Source: Sphaerodactylus townsendi (lineage: Eukaryota). From it: a DNA stretch of 64,000 nucleotides. The stretch covers positions 72,416,001-72,480,000 of the forward strand of contig NC_059426.1 in NCBI RefSeq assembly GCF_021028975.2, written 5' to 3'. Positions 24,701 to 37,367 of this stretch are shown here, piece after piece. The position numbers and the translations under genes were made by a program. The notes under the pieces were generated by a model. It worked only from the letters and a program-made list of their open reading frames with translations, made no database searches and was not told the origin of the DNA. Every line of letters begins with the position of its first letter. Position 1 is the first letter of the stretch.

Positions 24701-27700
24701 GGGAACCACAACAGAGAATGCATGCGTGTGGGCAATTGTTCATTGTATCCCTTTGCAGGGTGACTCTTTCAGGAGAGGCAGTTCTGCAAATACAGGGCTC
24801 CAAAGCCATGAAAGATTGTATAAGTAATAACCAATAACTTGAACTGAACCTGGGAACAAATTAGTAACCAATGGAGAGACTGTAGAATAGGTGTAATATG
24901 CATACTCTACCTAATTCCATACAGCAATTAAACTGCGGCATTCTTTACCAGCTGGAGTTTCTGAATTGTTTATTTTTTCATTCAAATTCTAAACCACACC
25001 TCTGCTTTCGGGCTCAGGGCTGTTAAAGGTCACACTCTTGTCTTAAAGGGCATAGTCATGTTGACTGTATTACAATGGTCTAGCCTTGAGATTACCATGG
25101 CATGAGCTCACATGGCCAAGTCAAGTTAGGCAGCCACCTTCCAGTTTATATGAAGATGAAAGTATTCTTTTAGCTGCATTAACTTGCTTGTCCACCAGTA
25201 AGCCTGGGTTCTTAACTGTATAAGTGAGACTCAGCTGAACTCCATCTAATATAGAAAGCATGATACCCTCACCACAACAATGTTGGGAAGTCTGAATAAA
25301 GAAATATAGTTGAGTGTAACCAGTGATCTTCAAAGCAGGGTAAGTTCACATAGAATAAGCAAACTAGTTGGCAGGCAAACTAATAAAGAGGGAAAGTCAA
25401 GGGCAAGTTACTTCTGGATTTGCTAGAGCAGGGGTAGGGAACCTGCGGCTCTCCAGATGTTCAGGAACTACAATTCCCATCAGCCTCTGTCAGCATGGCC
25501 AATTGGCCATGCTGGTAGGGGCTGATGGGAATTGTAGTTCCTGAACATCTGGAGAGCCGCAGGTTCCCTACCCCTGTGCTAGAGAGACTTGATTTCTTTC
25601 TGTAAACTTCAGAGCTGGCTCTAGCTATGGAAATGGTAAGTGAATCTTAATGACTGCTTCGGGATGAGTACCATAACATCTAATGGGCTGATCCACATTG
25701 TTGTATTCTACTTAAATTATTAAACACTGTTCACGAACAGTAAAATATCTGATTGTAATTATCTGCAGATGAATTTGGAAAAATCTTTGAAGTTACAAAT
25801 TGTTCAAGCTGCCTTCATTGGGTAACAGTCAGTGAAGATGGAGCAGTATTTTCTGCTGGGTACCAGGGTTGCCATGTGTATCACAAGGTAAGGTCCAACT
25901 GCTCTGAGCCTTGCTGGCCAGGAATAGAAAGGTAACGGGCAGTACAGAGAAAACACAGGCGAGTGTAAGTTCATAGACTTTGAGGCAGGGGGTTGCTAAT
26001 TGAAATGTAGGGACTTTCAATCTAGTTTCATAGATAATTATTGTTGAACAAATAATCACAAACTCCAGACATTAAATCTGCCACTTGTACCAAAGTGTCC
26101 CCATAAGAGAAATGTGTAGCTGTATTTTTTATCTTTTTTTGCTAAAAAAATCTGTGTCCAATTTGAGTCAGTTGCAACTTCCTATGTTGAAATGTCACTG
26201 CAATAAAGTTTTCTGTCAACGAACCCTGTAGGCACTGCAGCTATATCCTAAATTGGAACTGACTAGCCTGCATATTTTGATCAGTGCCCCATGTATAGTA
26301 ACAACTACTTCAGAGGTTTCAAGTGGTATTATCATAACATTCTGATTTGATGAATTTTCCAGGATGGGCACAACTACCTGAAGGTTCGAGTAGAAGAACT
26401 GACAATAAATGGAAATGTTGCTGCTTTTCATGATATCAACATGGTCTGCCCTAAACCTGAAGAACAAATCTTGACACCAGAGGATGGCATGCGGCTTGGG
26501 CCCCAGCCGGTGTACCCAGGCCTGGTGCGCCCTGTACCTGCTCAGCCCCATCCTGCCCTGGTGCGGCCAGTATCTGCTCAGCCCCAACCAGGCCTGGTGC
26601 GCCCTGGGCCTGGTCAGCCCCAGCCTGGCCTAGTGAGGCCAGTGCCTGCTCAGCCCCAACCTGGTCTGGTGCACCCAGTGCCTGCTCAGCTCCAGCCTGG
26701 TCTGGTGCGCCCAGTGCCTGCTCAGCCCCAACCTGGTCTGGTGCGCCCAGTTCCTGCTCAGCCCCAGCCTGGCCTGGTGCGACCAGTTCCTGCTCAGCCC
26801 CAACCGGGCCTGGTGCGACCAGTGCCTGCTCAGCCCCAGCCTGGTCTGGTGCGCCCTGTGCCTGTTCAGCCCCAGCCTAGCCTGGTGCGACCAGTGCCTG
26901 CTCAGCCCCAACCGGGCTTGGTGCGTCCCGTGCCTGGTCAGCCCCAGCCTGATCTGGTGGGGCCAGTGCCTGCTCAGCCCCAACCAGGCCTGGTGCGCCC
27001 TGTGCCTGCTCAGCCCCAACCCGGTCTGGTGCGCCCAGTGCCTGCTCAGCCCCAGCCTGGCCTGGTGCACCCTGTGCCTGCTCAGCCCCAACCCGGTCTG
27101 GTGCGCCCAGTGCCTGCTCAGCCCCGGCCTGGCCTGGTGAGGCCAGTGCCTGCTCAGCCCCAGCCTGATCTGGTGCGACCAGTGCCTGCTCAGCCCCAAC
27201 CGGGCCTGGTGCGCCCAGTACCTGCTCAGTCCCAGCCTGGCCTGGTGCGACCAGTGCCTGCTGAGCCCCAACCGGGCCTGGTGCGCCCCATGCCTGGTCA
27301 GCTCCAGCCTGATCTGGTGAGGCCAGTGCCTGCTGAGCCCCAACCAGGCCTGGTGCGCCCTGTGCCTGCTCAGCCCCAACCCGGTCTGGTGCGCCCAGAG
27401 CCTGCTCAGCCCCAGCCTGGCCTGGCGAGGCCAGTGCCTGCTCAGCCCCAGCCTGGTCTGGTGCGCCCAGTACCTGCTCAGCCCCACCCTGGTCTGGTGC
27501 ACCCAGTACCTGCTCAGCCCCAGCCTGGTCTGGTGCGACCAGTGCCTGGTCAGCCCCAACCGGGCTTGGTGCATCCCGTGCCTGGTCAGCCCCAACCTGA
27601 TCTGGTGCGCCCTGTGCCTGCTCAGCCCCAACCTGGTCTGGTGCGCCCTGTGCCTGCTCAGCCCCAACCGGCCGTGGTGCGCCCTGTGCCTGGTCAGCCC

Positions 27701-30700
27701 CAACCTGGTCTGGTGCGGCCAGTGCCTGCTCAGCCCCAACCGGACCTGGTGCGCCCTGTGCCTGGTCAGCCCCAACCTGGTCTGGTGCGACCAGTGCCTG
27801 CTCAGCCCCAACCAGGCTTGGTGCGTCCTGTGCCTGCTCAGCCCCAACCTGGTCTGGTGCACCCAGTACCTGCTCACTCCCAACCAGGCCTGGTGCACCC
27901 TGTGCCTGGTCAGCCCCAGCCTGCCCTGGTGCGCCCTCTGCCTGCTCAGCCTCAACCAGGCCTGGTGCGCCCTCTGCCTGCTCAGCCTCAGCCGCCGCAG
28001 CCGGGGCTGGTTCACCCAGTGCCTGGTCAGCCCCAACCTGGTCTGGTTCGCCCAGTGCCTGGTCAGCCCCAGCCTGGCCTGGTGCGCCCTGTGCCTGCTC
28101 AGCCCCAACCTGCCCTGGTGCACCCAGTACCTGCTCACTCCCAACCAGGCCTGGTGCACCCTGTGCCTGGTCAGCCCCAGCCTGCCCTGGTTCGCCCTCT
28201 GCCTGCTCAGCCTCAACCAGGCCTGGTGCGCCCTCCGCCTGTTCAGCCTCAGCCGCCGCAGCCGGGCCTGGTTCACCCAGTGCCTGGTCAGCCCCAACCT
28301 GGTCTGGTTCGCCCAGTGCCTGGTCAGCCCCAGCCTGGCCTGGTGCGCCCTGTGCCTGCTCAGCCCCAACCCGGTCTGGTGCGCCCTGTGACTGCTCAGC
28401 CCCAGCTGCCCCAGTCTGGCCTGGTGCACCCAGTGGCTCCTCCACCCCAGCCTGGATTTGTGCGCCCAGTGCCTGCTCAGCCCCAGCCACCGCAGCCTGA
28501 CCTGGTGCGCCCATGGTCTCAGCTCTATCCTCTAATATACAACATAGGTAAGTGCAATATACAACATAGGTATGTGAACTTCCAGTATATGATAATTATT
28601 GCTAGCCTTTCAAATGCTCTACTTGCATAAGTTAGTTACCTCATTTAGCACAGCTTTGAATTCAGCATGCACTGGTTGTATTGCTGTCAACTGCAGATTC
28701 GTTTTCTTGAAATGTGCCTCTAATTTTTTTCACATATTTTAACAGCTCTACATAAATTTTGAGCCAGAATGCTGTATTGGTTAAGATGTCAGACTGGGGC
28801 CTTGGAAACCCAGGTTCAGTTCCCCATTCCGCCATGGAAACTGGCTCTTAGCCTTGGCCTGGCTAGTATTTGGATGGGAGACCTCCAAGGAAAACCAGGG
28901 TTGTGACACAGAGGCAGGCAATGGCAAATCACCTCTGAAAATCTCTTCCTTAAAAACCTTTTGGGGCCACCATAAGTCAGCTGTGACTTGAAAGCAATGC
29001 AAAACTCCACATTTATACCACAGCGACATATTAGTATGTTTTTATAACTATATCAGTGGCTACTACCAATGTTGACATTTTGAATTACCCTTGAAATATT
29101 TTGTAACATAGTGACATAAGTATTCCAGCAAGTAGTCAGAAATGGATTAAAGCTAATAAATATTAACTTATTCTTAGATGGATCTTTTTCATCTCTGCCA
29201 CAATCTTTTCAAATGTCTTCGTTGTCCTGGAGCAGAGGTTGTTCTCCATTGTCCATCTTGCTGCTCTGCGTCATTATAAAATGTGATGTTCTGCCATAAC
29301 TGTTCAGCAGCTGATGTCTGATGGCTGCATACCTCTGTCAGTCAATATTTGATGCCTATCAAAAATAATGAAGAGGGTGCCATACATACTTTTCTTAAAT
29401 TGTTTTTGGCTGCTAATAGAGGATTCAATAGGAAGCTGGCCATTGCATTAGCACAGTGTTCTGTGTGCTGTATAATGTATGCCCAAACAATGCAGGTGAA
29501 GGTACCATACACAAATTCAGCACCAAGGTGCTTATGCTTGCTCCCTCAAATGAATGAAGTGATGGTATGCTTTTCTTTTGGGTTCTTGCAGGCACACATT
29601 TAACAATGGAACAATGTCGAGTTCTGAGCAGGAAAATCCCCTGTGCAGATACCTATGATCAAGCAACTTGCCATCAAGCTAGGTGCTGCTATGATGACAG
29701 TGACTTTAGTACCCCTTGTTACTATGGAAACACAGGTAAAATCTGACATTTGATTGGTGAACAGAATTCCTTATACTGTTGTGATAGTTCTTGAACAATC
29801 TGGTGCTGCATTTGTGAATGTGTCGAATATGTTAACTTTGGGGAGCAGGATGATGCAACTGTACTACAGAATGTTACACGTTTTGCTGAAATGGCTGGGC
29901 CATCTCCCAGAGGGTGAATGGATAATGCAGACACTGTAGTTGTTATCACTCTGTCACTGAGAGCTGTTCTATGATCCTTTTGCTCCTTACAGTCACTGTT
30001 CAGTGCCTTACGGATGGCCACTTCATCCTGGTTGTCTCTAGGGACATGTTGGACTACCCAGTTGACCTTGACACTGTTAAGTTATCTTATGCCCAAGCAG
30101 GGTGTGACCCTGTCAGGAGAACAGAGGCTTTCCTTGTCTTCCGCTTCCCCCTGACTCAGTGTGGCACAACAGTACAGGTGAGAATGCCTCCACTTTTAAG
30201 CAAGGGAAAATGCTCAGAGTTGAAATTGTTGTGTAGTTGAATATACATTTTATCTTTTCTGTCTTTCCTAGCTGATTGCTGACAAACTAATTTATGAAAA
30301 TCAACTGATCTCTGGCATTGATATCCAAGATGGGCCAGATGGATCCATCACCCGAGACAGCACATTCATGTAAGTTTCTAATATGATACATTTGAAGCTG
30401 CCAACAGACTTGAGTGTGGGGAAAATGGCCTGGCCTCTTTCTCTCCCTCTAATGGCTGATAGGAATGGTAGATGGTAGATAGGAATCACTTCATCATGGT
30501 CTGGAGATCACCACTGGATTGGATCTAAAGATTCACATGTAAAGTTTCACTTGGTAGAATATGTCAGTCTATGTTCTGCAGCCCCCATTCCAGCCAGCTG
30601 CCCCTGAATTCTGGGGACCCCTGGAAGCAGTGGTAGGAAAGCTGTAGCAGTGGTATGGCCTTTGGACTTAATAGCCTTATAGTGCCCCACCACCTCCCAA

Positions 30701-33700
30701 TGCAAGATCCAGTCACTAACTGACTACATCACTACAGGCTTCAAGCCTGTTCTCACTTATTTAGTAGTGAACAACTCATGGAGTAGTGTTGACTTCATCT
30801 AGAAACAGTGACCATTAGACTCAAGAGGGGAATTTTAGTTACACAGTAAGAAATGTGAGTATTTGCTGTATAAAGATAAAAACCTGAATTCCATTTCTTA
30901 GTATTTCCTTTGCTGCTATGCCCGGGCATAGGGAGAAGGGCCCCAAACCATGACACTGTGGCTTAGGTACAGAAGAAGTTTTTATACAACACAAAATTAA
31001 TTTATAGAATTTGCTGCCACAAGATGGAGAGATGGCCAATACAGTAGATTGTTTTAAAGAAAAGATTAGGCAAATTGACAAGAGGATGGTTATTAGCCAC
31101 AGTAGCTAAATGGATCTTCCGTATTCACTGGAAATATACTTTCAATGCTAGATGCTCAGGAGAAACAAGGGAGATGAGATAAATAAGCCATAGCAGCAAT
31201 GAGGGGAAGGCCAGCACACCACAGGACATTGTTTCCAATAATGGAGAACGAGGTTGATTAAGACTTACATCAGACATGTGTAATGCTCACACTGAAATGT
31301 TAGTACTTTTAATATGGGTGAACCAGCACAGCTTCGCAGCGGGGTGTAGGGAGAAAAGCAGCATTTCTGTCCAATATCAAAGTCTAAATTCTTGCAGTTA
31401 CCTTTCTAATAAGATACAAATACAGCTGAAGGCATTCCTCACCCCAAAATACTAACTTTATCTATGAATGTCTTTGAAGATTCCCACAGGTAATAAATTT
31501 GAAAGACACAGAAAAATTATGTGTGAAGGTCCTTAAGTTAAAGTTTGATTACTGTCATTCCTGCTTACTTCAAAACAATTCATTCTGGAAAATAAATAAC
31601 AGCATCCTGTAAAACCAAGTTCTGCAGCCAAAAAAAAAAAGTATGGGGGGATGCTTTTGTTTTTTGCATAGAATTGTATAAACGTTTGACCGAATGATTT
31701 AGAAGTGAATAGATGTTTTTGAGAGTATCTCCAGGGATCTTGTTAGTAGAACATCACATATAACCTCCAAAATTCTTTCTTGGCAAGTGTAATGGCTAGT
31801 AGCTCATTTGGGCATTTTGTGTGTCTGCTTCTCTCCTCTTTGGAAACTGAATTCTGTGAGACTTCTGGAATGCTTGCTGTTCTGAGTGTCCCACTGCACT
31901 GCAGCTTCTTTTCTCTGATGGAAACTGGGGCCTTCTGTATGCCAAGCAGATTCTCAACCATTCAGCCCCAGCCCCTCCTTGATTTAACCTTCTGTCCCAT
32001 TGCACAGTTCTTGAGAATACAAATGTCTTACTAATAACATTTGGTGTCAGTCTCCTCATAGCCATTACTGCACCGTAAGCTGAAGCTTTCCGTTAGTGCT
32101 GAAGATTCCATACTAGAATACATTTTTGCTTGTGTCTGCAGTAGGGTTAGCCAGAATGCCAGGTCCTCTTTGACCACTGGCAGGGAGTGGCAGGTTGCCA
32201 GATCCAGGTTGGGAAACCCCTGGAGATTCTGGAGCTGGAGCCTGAGGAGGACAGGGACCTCAGTGGCGTACAATGCAAACTAGCCCACCCTCCAAAGCAC
32301 ATCCGTTTTCTGTAGATGAGCTGTGATTTCAGAGGTGCCCCAGGGCCCACCTGGAGGCTGGCATCTCTGGGCTGCAACAGAATGTGAAGCACAACATCTA
32401 AAGCACATTGCTTAACTAGGGTTGCTAGCTCTGATTTGAAAATACCTGGAGATTTGGGGAGTGGAGGGTAGGGAAAGTGGGGTTTGAAGAGGAAAAGGAC
32501 CTCTACAGGGTTCAATGCCGTGGTATCCACCCTCCAAAGCAGCCATTTCTTTCCCCAGGGGAAAGCAGCCACCTGGAGATCAATTGTAATATCAATCTCC
32601 AGGACCTACCTGGAGACTGGCAACTCTAAACATAGGTCATATTAAGACCCTCTTGAATTTGACTTGATTTCCAAGTTCGCATTTAGGACTTCAGTACCTA
32701 AAGGACTGTCTTTCTATAACATTAGCCTATATGGATGCTGAGATCAATCAGGGAGGCCCTGGGTTGTATAGCCTCCACCATCCAAATTTGGCAAGTATGC
32801 TGCTAGCAAGATTCCTCATCAAATGTGACCAGACTGTGGCATTCTCTTTGCCATGAAGCAAGTCTACCAACATCATCCTAGATTTTTAGAAATACTTCTG
32901 GTTTATGTAACTAAAGTAGATAGATTTTGTTATGGACTGCTGTGGCCTGCTGGCTGGCTTTTGCAGGTTGGCTACTGGTTCAGAATGGCTTATTTTGCTG
33001 AGCAGTTGGTGGTCCTACATGTCTCATTGTAAAACAACAACCTAAAATGTTATGCATGCTGCTTTAGAAAGCAGGTCAAAAAAAAGTAGGATAGAGATAT
33101 CTCAACAGTAAATGGAACTTTGTCATCTTCTGTATGCAGTCTCCATGCCCGCTGCGTCTACAATGCCACTGACTTCCTGCCAGTCCAGGCTGAAGTCCTC
33201 TTGCCTCCCATTCCAGTTCCGATTTCCCAGATGGGACCTCTCCGGCTTGAACTGCGCATTGCTACAGGTCAATATAATCCTAAACTTAGTGCCAAAACCA
33301 CTATCTTCAGTTGAAGATCCACACTGTTAACACTTCTGCTTTGCCTCACATCCCCAGATGCCAGTTACACATCCTATTACTCAGACAGCGATTATCCTGT
33401 GGTGAAAGTACTCAGGGACCCTGTGTATGTGGAAGTTCACATCCTGCAGAGGACGGACCCATCCTTGGTTCTGGTTCTGCATGACTGTTGGGCTACTCCC
33501 AGTGCTAATCCCCTTGAGCAGCAGCAGTGGCCGATCCTGGTGGATGGGTGAGTGAAAAAAAAGTTGCTCATTCTTGATTGCGGAGGATTATCTTCCATGG
33601 TCTGTTTGAATGGCAGTACTTCTCGTTCTCAGGTGCCCATTTGAAGGAGACAACTACAGAACCCAGCGGCTGCCCCTGGAGCCTACCTCATCTGAGATGT

Positions 33701-36700
33701 CTTTTCCAACTCACTACCAGCGTTTCATCATTTCTACTTTCACATTTGTGGATTCTGGCTCTCAAGCGGTGCTCAGTCAGTTGGTATGGAAATATATTTA
33801 CAGTTGCTTGCCAAGAAACACTATATTGACAGAAACCACTATTCTTCCATGGATGTAGTAGATAGCAAAGAGTGACAAACTTGCTAGCCAACTGTCATTC
33901 TGTTCTGCCATGCCTTCTTCACAAATGTGTACATTGTCCTTAGGTTAGAAAGCTTCAATGGGGAGCTAGGGTACGGCTGTAATAAATGCTTTCGTATTCT
34001 CTACTGATGGTAATCCTTGTGCTGCTTATAGCACAGCAAACTCAGGATCCAAAGAACTCCATGATGGTACCCATATGTTCTTGTTGGTAAACCAAGCTGC
34101 TCTTTAACAAATATGCTGGTAATAAAATAAGAATCCTTAGTCAGTGACGTTCACATCTTGTTTATGAACTGTAGTAATACTTATAAGTGAGACTTTGTTG
34201 TTGCAGGTATACCTCTTCTGTAGTGCATCAGCCTGCTACCCTTCCCAGTTTGAGCCTTGCAGATCAACATGCAGCACTAGATCTTCTCCAAGTGAGTGAT
34301 CTCTCTGCCTGATGCTGATTGGTTCCTAATGTGAAAACCCAACATCCCTCCAGAGACAGGGGTACATGTATACAAGGCCTGTTATTACACACTCTTATTT
34401 GTGATTGATTCTGGATGGTTCATACACCATATTTCCCACTATATCCTACTGAAAAGATACTGCTTGAACATTTTAGGGAGAAAGGCTGATATCTTGTTGC
34501 AAGTGTAGGTATTTCTCTCTGGTAAGAGATACCTCTTTGTTACAGCAGAGTGCACAGAGGCAAAACACAGTGGAGTTTACTCAAGCATGCATGTGTGCTG
34601 AGAACAAAAGATACTCGGAGCCAGTTTGTAATTTCAAACTAGTATGAATCGTTACTAGAAATTCCATTCTAGATAGGAAAGTGAAGAGAGAGATTCTCTG
34701 TTCTAATCTAAATAGCTGGATGGAAAGAGATTCTATCCACATCTCTGAACAAATGGTGCAGGATGGAAAAAATATGCATATAAAAATGATGATATGTAGA
34801 CAAGAAGCAGGAGGAAAGGAAGTTCTGTGAGAGTAGCAATGTACACATCAAATGGATAGTGTCAGAGCAGTAGAAAAAAGGTCCCTCTAGCTATCTGATT
34901 CACTAATCACTCCCCCTCTGTCACTGAGGCAGGAGATAGCACAAAGTCTTTCACTTCCAACAGCAAGAGTGGTTGGGAAGTTGAAAATGGAATCCAAGAA
35001 GAAAAACTGTACATTATAGTATGTTAAATGCATGGAGCAATGCTCAAATATCTTTTTGTAGAGAAGCACATGGAGTAGGTTGCCTAGACCTTTCTCTCCC
35101 CAAGATCTTCCTGTTCCAAACTGCCCCTCCTCCAGAATTCTAGGTAAATACATAGGACATATATACTTCCAGTGGGCAAGTAGCAATTTACCCTTATGAA
35201 CAAGCACCTGGAATGTTTCACTGTTAAAATGAGTTGTTGAATTGAATATTCTCATAAATGATCACACAAAAGCAATCCTTGTCATTACTATAGCAATGGC
35301 TAAAGTTCCTTCTTGCTGCATCTCCTAGGAGGCCGCAGGTTTGTGAACCCGGTGAATAGGACGACAGAGCCCTTGGATTTGGCAAGCTCTCATGGGCCTG
35401 TGATCTTTGCTGAGGAGACCAAGGAGCCATTGTCTAATAGTAAGTGTCTGATCATCTCCCTGACCCTGTTTTGTTTTCACTGCTAACAAGGGACTCAAAC
35501 CACATAGCTACTTGTCTGTTCATGAATCCCTTCGGAAGGATTCCAGGCAGGTAATTGCTGAAGAACATAAGTCTCTACTGAAGCAGCCTAGGATGTGCAA
35601 TGGAATACAGTAGAGGTAACTTTGAAGGCATGAAGAGTAGTAAACATGTTATGATCTCCCCTGATTTGAGAGACAGTGGACTGAAGCAGCTCATAAAGCC
35701 AAATAGTTCCTTTTCAAGCATCTGGTCTACTATGCAGTAACTTCAATTCTTTGAACAAGTTCTCTGTTGTTTCAGAGAAGTTTCAGGCTCAGCTCCCTCC
35801 CTGCTAAGTGTTTCTTGATAACTTGAAAGGTCTGCAAGAGGAGACTTCTTAATTGGTCAGACTGCCTTGTGCAACAGGGTACCACAGTCTTTCAGAATCC
35901 AACTTAACTGCTCAGCACATGTGAGCAGTTTCAGTTTCTCCTCCTTTGCATGTAGAACAGGGAACTCTTATCTTCTGAATAGTCCTATCTGATGAGGTTG
36001 AGCCATTCCTTCAGTTTGATAAAAGTCCACATTTAGAGCCTGGAAAATCCAAAGCATTTTTCAGTTGGATCTCCTGTACTGAATGACCACACCATTTTTA
36101 TCCTGGAACTGTGAGGCAATTGGGAGCAACAGCTACCTGTTTTCCCACCCACCCCTGGAAGCTGATTTTGGGCAACAGACATTTTTCTTTTCTTTTTTTG
36201 ATCGTCAAGTCGCAGCCAACGTAGGCAACCCTGTAGGTTTTCAAAGCAAGAGACATTCAGAGGTGGTTTGCCATTATCTGCACCTGCGCAGTGACACTGG
36301 TGTTCCTTGGTGACAAGGAATACTGACAAGAGCCAGCCTTATTTAATTTCTGAGATCAGACGAGATTCTAGCATCCTAAAACTAAAGAAGCAGGCAGCTT
36401 TTTTTGCCAGCCATAAGCTTTTGCCTAAGCTGCTAAAAGACAAATCTTTTGGATTATTTTAGGAGTTTATTTTATAGTACTCTCTCCCCCCCACCCCCAT
36501 GTCTGCTTTTGAGGGCAACGTGAAAACGTAGCAGTAACATGAAAATCTGAGTTTTATAATTGAAATGAATTGGTCTATAAACATTTGTGGCAGAGGCCAA
36601 TGAGAACTAACCCTTTCCTTACTTTTGGGGTGTGGGCCAAGGTTGCACAGAGACTGGCTGCAGTTAAAGGTGAGAAGGCAGGTTAGCAGGAAGATCTGCT

Positions 36701-37094
36701 GCTTGTCCCCACACTTCTGCAACAAGTGTACATCTGGTCAGTGATGTCTGCCACTATCTAATGCAGAAAATGGGGTTGGCCATAGCTCTTTATTACACGA
36801 ATGGGGAAACTTGTATAGCCATTATATATGTGGTGAAGGAAATAGATGCTTGCTGCTAGAATAGCTATAAATCTTGAAGCTGGAACAGATTTGGTCATTC
36901 ACTGATGCCATCTGAATAAGGAACTGTGGCTGAACATGTTGGTGCTGTTCTAATATTACTATTTATCTATTCCAGGGTCAGAACTCCAAACAGATTTTAA
37001 CTCCGTTATCTTGGGGTTTCTTTCTGTGGCAGCTGTGTCTTCTGTGGTTGTATTGCTGATCATGGTCTGGAGATGGAACCATAAAAGATCATGA
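21779..37094 (+). CDS. ZP1: Zona pellucida sperm-binding protein 1, 1233 aa; exons 21779-21965, 25769-25887, 26363-28547, 29592-29735, 29993-30177, 30272-30369, 33140-33267, 33358-33547, 33633-33783, 34207-34291, 35329-35439, 36976-37094
   Basis: Signal peptide; ZP-N1 (YDCG...RFKVVDEFG...NCSSCLHWV...YQGCHV); P/Q array; trefoil (6 Cys, PCYYGNT); ZP module ([10 protein letters not shown]...[63 protein letters not shown]); furin site RGRR; EHP-like ASSHGPVIF; TM helix. Exon phases are compatible (3702 nt). AATAAA 37125-37130. Adjacent to PRPF19 as in mammals. Confidence 0.96.
22169..23138 (-). mobile_element. Non-autonomous Helitron-like element in ZP1 intron 1
   Basis: On the minus strand: A|TCTATCTATATATATAAAAAGC ... 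GCCAcagcaatgcaTGGC hairpin ... CTAG|T; no TSD. Confidence 0.7.
24640..25330 (-). mobile_element. L2-like LINE fragment
   Basis: Degenerate reverse-strand L2 3' ORF-like sequence (tccaccaggtgggaaccacaacagagaa...accaatggagagactg...gctggagtttctgaat...tctagccttgagattacc). Boundaries approximate. Confidence 0.5.
25429..25576. mobile_element. Palindromic hAT MITE, CAGGGGTAGGGAACC family (148 bp)
   Basis: Whole-element inverted repeat; perfect TSD tgctagag. Confidence 0.95.
26504..28519 (+). repeat. Coding tandem repeat in ZP1 exon 3: 55 units, mostly 36 bp, consensus [12 protein letters not shown]
   Basis: Counted from the translation: 50 units of 12 aa, one of 13, three of 15 and one of 14 aa = 672 aa. 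Confidence 0.97.
30960..31170 (+). mobile_element. CR1-like LINE 3' fragment
   Basis: ttaatttatagaatttgctgccacaagatgg...ttttaaagaaaagattagg resembles a CR1 ORF2 end. Confidence 0.5.
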
Positions 37095-37150
37095 CTGTTC
37101 TCTGTAGCAGAGATGTAAGACAAAAATAAAAGCCAATGATAATCCACAGG

Positions 37151-37367
37151 AAAGCCAGTGTGGTGTAGTGGTTGGGAGTGTCTGACTAGCCTCTGGGAAA
37201 CCCATTTGGGCCACGAAGCTTTTTGGTAGCCGTGGGCCAGTCACACATTTTCTCAGCCTAACCTGTCTCACAGGGTTGTTGCGAGGGTAAAGGAGAAGAG
37301 AATGATGTAAGACACCTTGGGTCCCCATTGGGGAGAAAGGTGGGGTAAAAATGAAATACATAAATAC
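37151..37367 (+). mobile_element. tRNA-derived SINE (Squam3-like) just after the ZP1 polyA signal
   Basis: gaaagccagtgtggtgtagtggtt A-box-like head, ctcagcctaacct..cacagggttgtt core, TAAA-like tail. Confidence 0.7.

Noticed and set aside
26630-28514. Two long antisense ORFs (599 aa and 545 aa; one looks silk- or collagen-like, [11 protein letters not shown])
   Set aside because: They are shadows of the stop-poor 36-bp ZP1 repeat and lie entirely within the array. Frame conservation is explained by the sense strand.
26504-28519. 36-bp periodicity suggestive of a CRISPR array
   Set aside because: No unique spacers; it is a contiguous coding tandem repeat in a eukaryotic exon.
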